Below, one piece after another: positions 39,778 through 50,900 of a stretch of 64,000 nucleotides of DNA. Within the stretch, counting starts at the first letter, position 1, and every line of letters starts with the position of its first letter. The stretch is from Phaeosaccion multiseriatum (Eukaryota; Protista; Ochrophyta, other classes). The notes under the pieces were generated by a model. That model ran no database searches and was not told the origin of the DNA. It worked only from the letters and a program-made list of their open reading frames with translations. Made by a program: the position numbers and the translations under genes. Location of the stretch: positions 1,860,001-1,924,000 of the forward strand of contig OZ218951.1 of the NCBI GenBank assembly GCA_965112735.1, in the 5' to 3' direction.

Positions 39778-42687
39778 TGTCTGTCTATCGAATGAAGGCG
39801 ATCGATAGGGCGAAGACCTGGTTTGTGAGCTTGAATGTTGCTTTTCTTCACTTGGCTATTCGGTCGATTTGACCCAAATACTCTCTTCTCTCCTCCCCTC
39901 CCTGTTTGCCGGTCTGCCCTCCACTGCATCCCTCCTCGCGTTCCCTTCAGGCCATGGAAGCGGACACTGCGGCGGCAAGTGGTGGCAGCGGCGAGGGAGA
40001 TACAGCAGCAGTTGGTGATACAGCAGCAGTTGGTGATGCAGCAGCAGTTGGGGATACAGCAGCACAAGCACCAGCACCAGCAGCAGGAGGGGCTGCTATC
40101 CACGATGACCAACCTCCCAAAAGGACAGGATCTGTTCAGATGCCCATTCCGGAGGGCAAGGTGCTGGAGAGGCGTCTTAAGCACCTCCTGAGCTCCTTCA
40201 AGAAGCTCACGGACCTCCAGGCTAGGCCCATTGCGCTTGCTCAGAAAGTAAGTCTGGAGTCTTGCTGTAGCACCAACTGCTTCTGGTTGTACCTCAGCCA
40301 TCCATGTTGTGCCATCTGCTGCCATCTGCTTCGTGCCTGCGTTTCTTGGAGTTGACTTGGTGTTGATGCTGTCCTCCTCCTCTTGTGCGCTGCTCGTGCT
40401 GCTCCTGCTGCTGCTGCTGCTGCTGCTTGGGCCCACCCTTTTGTCCTCCCCTCCTCACGACCTACGATCTGCCTTCCCCCTTACCCTCCCTCCTCCCCAG
40501 GAACACCTCATGCAGCAGAAGGCCCAGGATCACCAGCAGAAGCAGAAGCCGCAGCAACAGCTGACGCTCGACAGGGAGAATTACAACCTGGCGTTGCGCA
40601 AACAAAAGGCGGAGCACCAGCACAACAGAGACCGGACAAAGGAGCGGCAAAGAATGCTCAAGGCCATGAAGCAGTATGGCGTGCCTACGGATATGCTCCG
40701 GCATGCCACCTCCCACATCATCACAGTGGAGTCCGGAGCAGCGCTCGCGAACAAGAGCAGCAACAGCTGGAAGGGACGCGCGAGGTTGAGGTGGGGCTCT
40801 CTGGGAAGGCAGGCGGAGTTGCGATCCACTCTCGACGACGTCGCCAAAGCTTGGGGGGTGGACATTCTCACGGAGCTGAAGGGCTCCGGGGAGGAGAGCT
40901 GTGGCCTGGAGCTGGGCGGGCACGCTCGGAAACCACAGCTACCGGGTGCTGTTGCCGCTGATGTATCACCAACTCCTTTAGGTGGTGCTGGCACCAGCAC
41001 GGGCGGGTACCAGCCCGCTGATGGATCTCTGGGCAAGGCGGGGATGTTGGATGTGGAGAAGGAGAGGGAGAAGCACGAAAAGTCCAGCCTCAAGACCCTG
41101 AAGGCCATCGCCGACATCACTCGCCTTCGAGAGTCCGTGCTGCGCTGCGACTCTACGGCCGAGCTCCTACAACTCACCTCTCGTCTGTGCAGGGACAAAG
41201 CCATGACCAAGCAGCTGCAGGGGCCCCTATCGTCGTCCTCTGCTGCTGCTGCGGCTGCTGCTGCCATCGCGACAGGAGGGGTGGTACCAGGAGGGACAGG
41301 AGTCGGGAACGAGTCAAGCGACGTTCCCTCGTGGTGGAAGGAGGGAGAGCACGACGCGGTGTTGCTTGTAGGCATTGCCATTCACGGCACGGACGGCGTG
41401 GAGGAGATACTCAAGGACCAAATCATGAGGGAGGAGGAGGACCCTGGCGTATCACCAACTGCCGCCGCTGCTGCTGCTGCTCCAGAGATACAGGCATTAA
41501 CGGCGGGCGATGCAGCGGGAGGAGCTGTTGAGGAGGCCTCTTCTTCTGCTGAGGCCTCTTCTTCGTCTGCGGCGGCGGCGGCCTCTAACGCGACACTTGT
41601 GTCCTTGCCGGGAGGAGGAGGAGGAGGAGGGGGTGGTGGTGGTGGTGGTGGAGGAGGAAGAGGAGGAGCAGCAGGAGGAGCAGCAGGAGGAGCAGCAGGA
41701 GGCGTAAGCTTGGCTCATCTAAAGGCCTTGGGCGATTATCAGCCTCCCCCGGGGCGGTCCTTTGTCAAGAGGCGGATGGGACTGCTTCTGAGGCTGGCGG
41801 CGACGGCGTTCCAAGCGTCCAAGCCTGGCAGCAGCGGCAGCAGCTTCTTTGAGCCCAAGCCGCAGCAGGCAAAGGACGGCAGCAGCAGCAGCAAGGGCAA
41901 GGGAGGGCAAGCGCCCAAGAAGCCATCGCCCGTCTCCAAGCCGGTGCTGACAATGGTCCAGAAATGCTCGCCCGGTAGCAGGGGGGCGTCGCCTGTGACC
42001 GTGCTGGGGGTGAAGCGAGGTCTGCCTGCGGAGGAACAGCAGAAGGAGGGTGAGGGCGGAGGGAAGAAGCTTGCGTCTGCAAAGCTGACGGCAGGTGCTT
42101 CTCCTTCGGGAGGGTCTCCTGCTATCGTGGACATGGCCATGGAGATCCCGTCGTCTGCGGGGAGGAGAGACGGCGACAACGGAAACATTACCACGAGCCC
42201 GTCCAAGAAGCGCGCATTTCCTACCATGACTGATGAGACGACCTCCACTCCTACGACCGCCGCCAACAGCAGGCGCAGTAGCAGCAGCAGCTGGGGCAGC
42301 GGTGGCAGCAACAGTGAGGGCGCCAAGGCCCCCAAACGGAGCGCCCAGTCGTCCCCAAACGTGACTATTGCGGCGGCGGCGGCGGCGGCGGTTGTGGCGG
42401 GAGGGGCCGAAGTGGTGGACGTGAGCAGTGGGGACTCGGATTGGGAAGTGGTGGTCCCTTCGTCGTCAAGCAGCGGCAAGATACAGGGACAGGCAGCGAG
42501 TAGTCGTAGCGGTAGCAGCAACCTCCTCCCTTCTCCTCCAAAGGCACAACACTCTTCTCCTCTGAACGGCAGCAGCAGTAACATCAGCAATAGCTGTAAG
42601 CCCTCTCCTCCAAAGGGCAGCAAGCTGTCTCCTCAGAAGGGCAAGAAGGGCCAGCGCGAGATCACGAGCTTCTTCAAGACCAAGTAA
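30734..42687 (+). CDS. Chromodomain-helicase-DNA-binding SNF2 remodeller (CHD6-9/kismet-like)
   Basis: Two chromodomains (RFLVKWKNLSYLHVSWE; VLVKWAGLPYGEITYE). SNF2 motifs LRDYQEEGVSW, ILA|DEMGLGKTVQ, VVDEAHRLKN, LLTGTPLQNN, LRKCCNHPYL, SGKLVLLDKLL, VLVFSQF, LSTKAGGVGITLTAAD, DSDWNPQNDLQ|AMARCHRIGQ. Two WWxxxHDxxLxxGxxxHG repeats. Includes a 24-nt micro-exon at 36429-36452 (GYILRRMK). Confidence 0.93.
34340..34548. repeat. Compound (CT)n tract, intronic
   Basis: ~200 nt of CT repeats punctuated by CCCTTT. Confidence 0.95.
39709..39786. repeat. (GTCT)n microsatellite, intronic
   Basis: About 18 tandem units. Confidence 0.95.
39996..40064 (+). repeat. Coding 18-nt minisatellite in the CHD gene (GDTAAV x ~4)
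   Basis: Units of ggNgat(a/g)cagcagcagtt repeated 3.8 times in frame. Confidence 0.85.
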
Positions 42688-43290
42688 GACATGGAGAGTT
42701 AATCACGATGGTACCAGTAGGACCTTAGGAACTCAAGCAATAAGTAAAGCAAAAGTGAAGTTTGAAGGAAGGGGAAAGGAGAGTTCAAACTTCAAACCAA
42801 CCATCAGGCACTAGGCCACGCATTCATCAAGGCAATGCGGCAACGATGACCGGCGAATGCACATCATCGACGACGCACTCCTACCTGCTTTACACTCAAA
42901 GTACAACACATCACAGACATGTTTTGTCTGTACCATACAGGTTGTAGTGCTTGCTTTGTTATCGGGCTTGTCATTTTTGTATTGTTCTCTGCTCTGTCCG
43001 TGGCTATACAAAGCACTGGATGAAGATGATACCGCCCAGCACCAGGCAGTCAGTACACTACTGTTCGGAGGAAAGGGGCTGGGGGGGGGGAGGGGTGGAG
43101 AGGGTGGGCTTGCTTCTGAACGCGGCACTACGTCGCCCTCACCAGCGCCCTGGAGATAAGACAGATGCAGGGTATATGCCTCCTTCAACAAGGGCACACG
43201 TACACTCCCTACTGCTGCTGCTGCTGTTGCCGCCACTTCAACACCACCCCTACTTCCCCTCCCCCGTCCTCTTTGACATTGGTCGCTCCT

Positions 43291-44744
43291 TTATGCGGTG
43301 GCCTCGGGGATGACTGCGGGTGCGGCGGATGCCTCCTCCTTCTTCAATGCCTTCCTCTCCTTCTTGGCCTTTGCCTTGGACTTGCGTGCCTCGGCCTGCT
43401 CGACCAGAGCCCTCTCGCGCGCCTTCTCGCCCTTCATCTTGTGGATGGCCTCCATCAACACACGCTTGTTCTTGTACTGGTTACCCTTGACGAGCATGTA
43501 CAGCTGGTGGTACATGTGCTTGTCAATCTTCTTGGCATCACGGTACTTCTTGAGCATTCGCCTCAGCACACGCATCCGTCGCATCCAAATGAGCTTGAAG
43601 GGCAGTCGAGCATTGGCGGTACCTCTGCGCTTACCGTGGCCCGTGTGTCGGCCCAACTTCTTGGCTGCCGCGTAGGCAAGCACGCGGGCGCGTGAGTGCA
43701 CCACTGAGGGCTTCTTGATGACAAAGCCATCCTTCACCAGCTGCAGAGGACAAGGTGCACCACCCCGACGTAGAAACAACAGTGCGTCGCAGTCAGGGTG
43801 TGATGAGCCACACACACGCACACGGAGGGCGCCAACGGGGAAAGAAGGAGGAAAGAAGGTGAGTTGGTTGGTGGCCTTGACACGAATGGGCCAATCTTTC
43901 ACTTGCATCCGGCGTATCGCACCCCTCTTGACCTCTTGACCTCTTGACCGTTCCCCCCTCCCGAGCCAAGTGTCTCAATCAAACCCTCTCTCTCGCCTGT
44001 ACACTACGCTACTCATGCCTGAGTGGTTCTCAGAGCAGCACATGTCTACCCCGCTCGCTGTGCACCCTCGTCTTGGCTTGGCACGTTCCCACCTTCTCCC
44101 ATACTCTCCCTCCCTGCCGCATCAGGATCTCCTCTCACAACGGTCCCTTACCTTCTTGATGTTCTGGCGAGAGTTGGCCATGGAGATCTCATTGACCTCG
44201 TTGGGGTCCAGCCAGACCTTTCCCTTACCGCACTTAAGGGTAGAAGCGGCAAGCCGCTTCTGCAGTTTGAGAGATACCTGAGAGAGGGCGAGAGAGAAAG
44301 GGAAAAAGCACCATTGAAGGCCGCCGCAAAAGGGTCAGCACCTCGCATTAAGGTCGCACAAGCGTCTACGGCAGCAGGATTACAATAAACGACCCATAAG
44401 AGGGGCAGCTGCTTCTGCTGCTGCTGAAGATGGCCGCAGCGTCGTGTCCCCCTTTCCCTTGATGAGGAGCTCCCTTCTCCCCATTGAAGCGCGTGACGCG
44501 CTACGCCACTCAAAGCAGAGCATCGATATCTCCCTCTATACGTGCTGGCTTCCGTCAGCTCACTGCTCCTCTCCCCCTCCCCCTTCTCTCTGCTTTTGTG
44601 TGCTGCTGCTCCGATGCCAGACCGGTCCCCCATTCTCTGCGGCTCCCCACAACATGAGACCCCCGACCTCGGCATGCTCCCACACCATGAGCACAAGCTG
44701 CAGCAGTCCACCTGTCCGTTCCCCTCCTCTCCCACACTCACCAT
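43291..44744 (-). CDS. RPL19: 60S ribosomal protein L19 (eL19)
   Basis: ATG-only first coding exon (44744-44742, ATG|gtgagt) and intron 44741-44278. Then [42 protein letters not shown] | [16 protein letters not shown]...[16 protein letters not shown]...[12 protein letters not shown]. Confidence 0.97.
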
Positions 44745-44961
44745 CCTTACTACTACACAAGCCCGACTGCCCCCCCTCCTCCGATCGCTCGCCACTCAAA
44801 ACGCCCCCGGGGTTTGGGGCGCGGAGTGTGAATTTCAGGGCGTTGGCCTTATGTTTTCGGCCGCCCGCGCGGTGCCTGCCATTGAATTGGGAATTGGCTT
44901 GTGGACACAGAAAGAGACAGAGAGGAAGAACATGGGAAAGTAATCCGACTCTGTCAGTATC
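44745..44961. promoter_or_regulatory. Putative bidirectional promoter, RPL19/CLU
   Basis: Only 217 bp separate the two divergent start codons. Confidence 0.65.
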
Positions 44962-47900
44962 ATGGTACGGCGCAGGGGGGAGCTGGCTGTCTTCGGCTTT
45001 GCAGAAGCTGGTTATTTTGAAGGGAGAAAAGATCATGACTCCAGCTCTTTTTCTTTCGCGGTTCATCTGTCTACGCCCCTCCCTCCTCCTATGGCTGGCG
45101 GTACACGTACCTAAGACCCTCCCTCCCTCGTACTACTTGCTCCTCCCATGTAACGCTAACTCTCGCAGACGGGGGCTTCCGAAGCCGCTGCAGTGGCGGC
45201 TTCTGACGCACAACCACCACCACTACCACAAGCGGGGAGTACTAGCAGCACCAGCAGCAAGGAATGGACAGGAAATAACAATGACGGGCCGAATCAGGCA
45301 GAGAAGGAGGGATCTCAGCAGCACGGCGACGAGGATGCTCAGCTTGGGGAGGGGGAGGAGGTGGCGGACAAGAGGGTGGAAGAGAGCTTCGTCTCGATGT
45401 ACATCTACCCTCCCGCAGGGGTGGACTACACCTGTGCTACCCCAGTCCTTATGGAAAGCATCCCCACCTCCGAGATGGTGGCTAGTCTGCGTCAGACACT
45501 GACAGAGTCGCCCGAGACTTGCTACATCTCCTCGTACAAGCTGCTACTCAAGAAGATCATCATTCCGGCCCCACCCGCAGTACTCGACAACGGCGACGCC
45601 CAGCCCAATAGTGAGGGGGAGGGTCAGGCCGAGGGAATGCTTGCAGAGGACAAGAAGCTCGAGATGGAGGTCGAGATGGGGGAGTTTGCCGAGCTGCACT
45701 CCTTCAAGGGAGTAGAGCACGGGGCACAGCTTCATATCCACATGGTCCTGGAAGCCTACACGGTGAGGTCAGCCAGGATGCACACTCGGCGGCTGCGTGA
45801 GTTGCTGAGCTCCCCCCCTGCCATAGAGGACCGTCTGCCGGGATGGCCCAGCGGCCAGAAAGGCGACGGGGAGTACGGTGGAGGAGGAGGGGGCAGCAAG
45901 AAGCAGCGAAAGAAGCAGCGGCAGCAGCAGCAGAGGGAGAAGCAGCAAAAGCAGCAGCACCAGCGACAGCAGAAGAAGGCCGCCGGCGAGGAGGAAGGAG
46001 CCGGTGGCGTCGCTGAGGGTGACGAGGATGCGGCTCCGTCTTCTGCGGCGCCGCTGTCCCCTGAGGAGGAGGCGGATAAGGCGGAGGCGCAGCTGCTAAA
46101 GGAGGAGGAAGAGAGGGAGGAGGAGAGGAAGGCCGATCTGAAAGCTCGCCTCAAGGAGCCTTCCATTCCCGTAGGTGCGTGTGTGTGCGTGAGTGAGTTG
46201 GGGAAGCAGGCAGGGACAGGACTGTCCACGGGTGTTTTTTTTTGCTGTACTTTTTGGGGGGTTTTGACGTGTGTCTGGGTTTTTCTGTTGCCTTTGCGGA
46301 GCATGTACACTGTGCGCTGTCGCTTATCGCTGTGACATGTGCTTTGCAAACGGACTCACTTGCGTGCGACTCGTGGCTTTGTGGTGTCCTCTCCGTCGAT
46401 AGGCGGTAAGGATGGCTTGGGTCGATTCTACGAGATTGGATTGGGTCTGTCTTTGGAGGAAGTCGCGGAGCAACCCAAGCCCACCACTTTGGCGGAGGGG
46501 GGTGCTGAGGTTGCGGCGTCAGCAGGGGGACACGGTGGACAGGTAAGGGTGAGAGGATGGGGTACGGTGAGGGTGTGAGAGGATGGATGATGTGAGGGTG
46601 GCAATCAGTCAGTCAGTCAGTCAGTCAATCAGTCAGTCAGCCATTAAGTGAGTGAGTCAGTCCTCCCCTCTTGGGGTACGATTGTATCCTTCTTGCTCCT
46701 TCTTGTGCTGTTCTTACCTGTACCCCCTCTGTCACGCATCCATGCATCCTCCTCCCACATCTTGCCATGCTCTCTGCTCTTTGCTCTGTGCTCTGCACCT
46801 CTGTGTGCCCCCCCCCCCCCCCACACACACACCCGTCCACTGCCATCCCCGCCTGTCCATCCCCTTCCTTCCTTCCCTCCTTTCTTTCAACAACACCAGG
46901 AATGCGTAGATGCCCTGCACTTCTCTGGTTGGAACCCCCCGCCCCCTCAGCGGCGCCTCATGGGGGACTTGCTCTACATTCAAGTATCCACCCTCTCCGA
47001 CGGCGTCCTACACATCACCTCCACCCCCGAGGGCTTCTACGTGAACCGCAGTTACAGCAGCAACGTCAGCCACCACAGCACCTTCAACCCCCTTCCGGCG
47101 GAGCAGGCGCACCGCAGCCACGAGCTGCTGACGTGTCTCTTGAGGGCGAGCCCTTCCTTCCTCAAGGCGTGGAAGGGTGCGGTTGGGAGAGCGACGCAAC
47201 GCATGACGGAGGAGCAGAGTCCGCAGGAGACGCTTGCAAACATGGTGCGGGATGGCAAAGTTGAAACCGTCACCACGCTGCCGCAGTGGAATGTGTCTGT
47301 GGCGCATACCTCTGCGGGTGAGGCGGGAGGAGGGAACAACGCGGCGGATGGCAGTAGCCGTGCAAGTGGTGGTAGTGGTGGGGGTGGGGGTGTGAAAGGA
47401 CGCAAGAAGGGCGGGCAACAGCAGCAGCAGCAAGAGGAGCAGCAGGCGATTGCCACCACCTTCGCGAAGCACAAGATGGACCTCACAAGGATGGAGGAGG
47501 ACCTCCTGCACAACTTCGGCATGGATGAGCGAGGGCCCCTCCGCGATTGGAACGAGGAGTTCCAGGGAGTGAAGGAGTGGCCCTCTTCGACGGAGGACGA
47601 GGGCATTGTCAAGGCGAGGGCGCTGCACAAGGTTATGCAGGACTTCCACGAGGCGGCCATTCAGGGGGCCGCCGCCATTGTGCATGTGAGTAACTTATTT
47701 TATTTTTCTTCTTCAATGTTTCTATCTCTGGTTTTTGGGCGGTTTTACTCGCACAGCATCCCACCCTCACCCTTGCACACACGCCCATACATACATGCAC
47801 ACATGTGACTCTCGAATGCTCACTCACTCTCTCCCTCACTCACTCACTCCCTCACTCACCCACTCACCCACGCGCTCCCTCACTCACTCAGTCTCTCAGT

Positions 47901-50900
47901 CACTCACTCACTCACTGATGTGAACCAATCCTGTCTGTGTGTCACCTCCCTCCCCTCCCCTCCCTCCCCCATCCCCTGCCACCCCTCCTGACCCGACCGT
48001 TACAGGGACACATCTCGCCCATCAACCCGCACGAGGCGTCAAAGTCGCACGTGTTTGTGTTTAACAACATCTTCTTTAGCTCTGCGGTGGACGCTCGAGA
48101 TGCCTACAAGGCCGTGCATGGGGATGCAGCGGCACATCGCTCCGCCCTTCACGACCTCAATAATGCGGTTATGCTCTCTATGGTGAGGGGTGTGTATTAA
48201 GCCAATGTGTGGGTGGGTGAGGGGTGAGGGGAGGGAGGAAGGGACTGGGTGGATGGGTGTTTGTGTGAGGGGAGGGAGGGAGTAGAGTGAGAGGGAAGAA
48301 GGGAGAAAGGAGTGGAGGGAGGGGGGGGTGAGGGTGGGAAGGAAGGGAAGGGAGGGACACTCCTCGGGTCTCTTATTTTGAAACCCGATGTAAGCCCTTT
48401 CGTTGTTGGTTGTGTTGTTGTTGTTGTTGCTGCTGCTTTGCTGCTGCTGCTGCTGCTGCTGCCTTTCTTCCCTGCGGCGACCTTGCCACCAGGTGTCTAC
48501 TCCGGAGCTGCAGATCAACACCCCGATGGCCTCTGTGATTGACTACATGGGGCACCGCTGGATCGCTCAGAGCATCATCCCGGGCATCCTGCAGGTATGT
48601 TGGGTAATTCGGATGGATAGATACTGTATTTATGATTAATGGAGGCATGAATGGATGGGTGGGTGGATACACACTATAATGGTTGGGTGGGTGGATAGAT
48701 GGATACAGGAGAGAGGAGAAAGAGGCGCCTCCTCAGTGTATGTGGTCTGTCGGAGGCCAACCCACCCGAAGAAAAAGGAGTGAAATGGGAATCTTTCTGC
48801 CCTCGCTCTCCATCTTTGAAATGAAACCCCCCCCCCTCCCCCTCTCTCCCCCCTCCCCCCTCCCCCCTCCCCCCTCCCCCCTCCTCCTCCTTTTGTATCG
48901 CATTGGTGATATACCTGATGTTGGTAGGGCGACCACGCCGCTAACTTGGTGTGTGGGGCGGTGGAGCACGGCAAGAAGTTAAAGATGGACAAGCGTATGC
49001 TTGGACTGCTTAGAGGGGTAGCGAGCAGGTTGCGTGTCGCTGAGAGGGAGGTAGAGATTGAGCCCATCAAAGCTCAAGAGGGTATGGGTTTGGGAAGCGA
49101 GGAGGAGTGGATAGCAGACAGGAAAAGGATAGAGGAGGAGGAAGCCAAGTTAGCGGGAGGTCGTGCAGCAGCAGAGGCGATGGAGGGGGAGGGGAATGGG
49201 GGCGACGACGAAGACGATGACGAAGACGAGAAGGAGGCGAAGGAGAGGAAGCGAAAGGCGGACGAAGCGGAGGCAGCAAAGATGTCCATCCGCATCTGCG
49301 GCCCCGTCGAGCTCAAGGGCATTGAGGGGGCGGACAAGAGGCGTTACCTCCTGGACGTTACACGACTCACGCCCCGAGACGCCAACTGGGTCAGCGGAGA
49401 GAAGGGGACAGGGCAGTGGGGGGAGGACATGCTGGCGACCATGCCCAAGGAGGTGTGTGTGGTGATGTGTAATGATGCTGGCCAGCCCTGCTACCTACAT
49501 GCTGGCTCTTCTCTCCCCCCCCCCCCTTACCTGCTTTTCTATCGGTATGCCTGTCTGCCGTGGTGCTGGCCTGTCCTTCCCATCTGCCTGCCACATACTT
49601 CCCTGTCCTACTCCTATGCCTACCCTTACCCATACACCTCACACACACCCATGCCCATATTCCTGCGTGCCCGTACGCCTGCCCATACGCCTGCCCGTCT
49701 ACCCAATTACCCACATACCTGTAATTACAGAGGGCGGACAGGACGGAGCAGCACTACTTGGAGTACTCTGCGCTACTGCGGAGGGAGCTTGTGGCCATGT
49801 TTACGAGGTACAAGGTGTCTACATGGGCACAGCGAAGGGCCTTGGAGCTCAGGGAAGAGATGGCGGTAGCAAAGGCGGAGAAGAAGGAGGAGGAGACGAA
49901 GGAGGAGAAGAAGGAGAAGGAGAAGGAGGAGGGGGCGGAAGGGGAAGGAGGAGATGCCGCGGCTATTGCGAAAAAGGAGGAGGAGGCAGCGGCGCAGGCA
50001 GCAGCGAAGGAAGCAGAAATAGTGGAGGCGATAGAAAAGACATTGCAGGACGAGGAGGAGGACTACCTCACTTCGTTGACGATGAACGTGAACGTGTTCA
50101 TGCCGTACGCGGCGTGCCTCGACGCGGAGCAGGAGAAGAAGGACGAGGAACTCGTGAAGGAGGCATCGCTCTATCTGTGGGAGCAGGTGTTGCCGTCCAT
50201 CACCAACGACGTCAAGCGAGGCACCACAATGCCGGTGGATGGAGGGCATTTGCGCTCTCTTCTGCACTCCTTGGGCATCAACATGCGCTACTTGGGTAGG
50301 CTGGCAACCATGGCAGCAGACGAGGAGGAGATTGATACGCAGCTGCGAGTCAAGGAAGGCAAGCAGCGGCGCCATGTCATGCCTGTGTTTTGGCGGGAGT
50401 TGCTTGAGACAGAGATGGTGGCACGGGGTGCCAAGTACGTGCTGGGAAGGCTGTTTACGACCACCGAGGGAGCCCGAGCGGTGCCCGGCCCCTTGTTGCT
50501 GGACTTTGTCAACGGGCTGTTGGGGGCTCGCGATGGAGGGGCAGGGGATGGTGGGGCAGCTGCAGTATCAGCAGGGGCTGGAGCCGCAGGAGGAGGAGCA
50601 GCAGCAGCAGCAGCAGCAGCAGGAGGAGGAGGAGGAGGAGGAGCTGCAGCGGCGGCCAGTCGGGTGCGAGTGGTGACTCAGTCCGAGCTGTGGAAGCAAA
50701 TCAAGGCAGAGGTCAAGTACCGCTTCAAGTACGATCTTTCCATCTGGGGCAGTCACTGGGACACACCGCCAACAGCAGGGGACGAAGGGGCTACAGGAGG
50801 AGGATCAAAGGCGTCGGAGCGGGCTCACAGGCTGCCTCTATTGCGACGAGTGTGTCAAAAGACGGGGCTACGAGTGGCGTCGAGGACGTACGACTGGACT

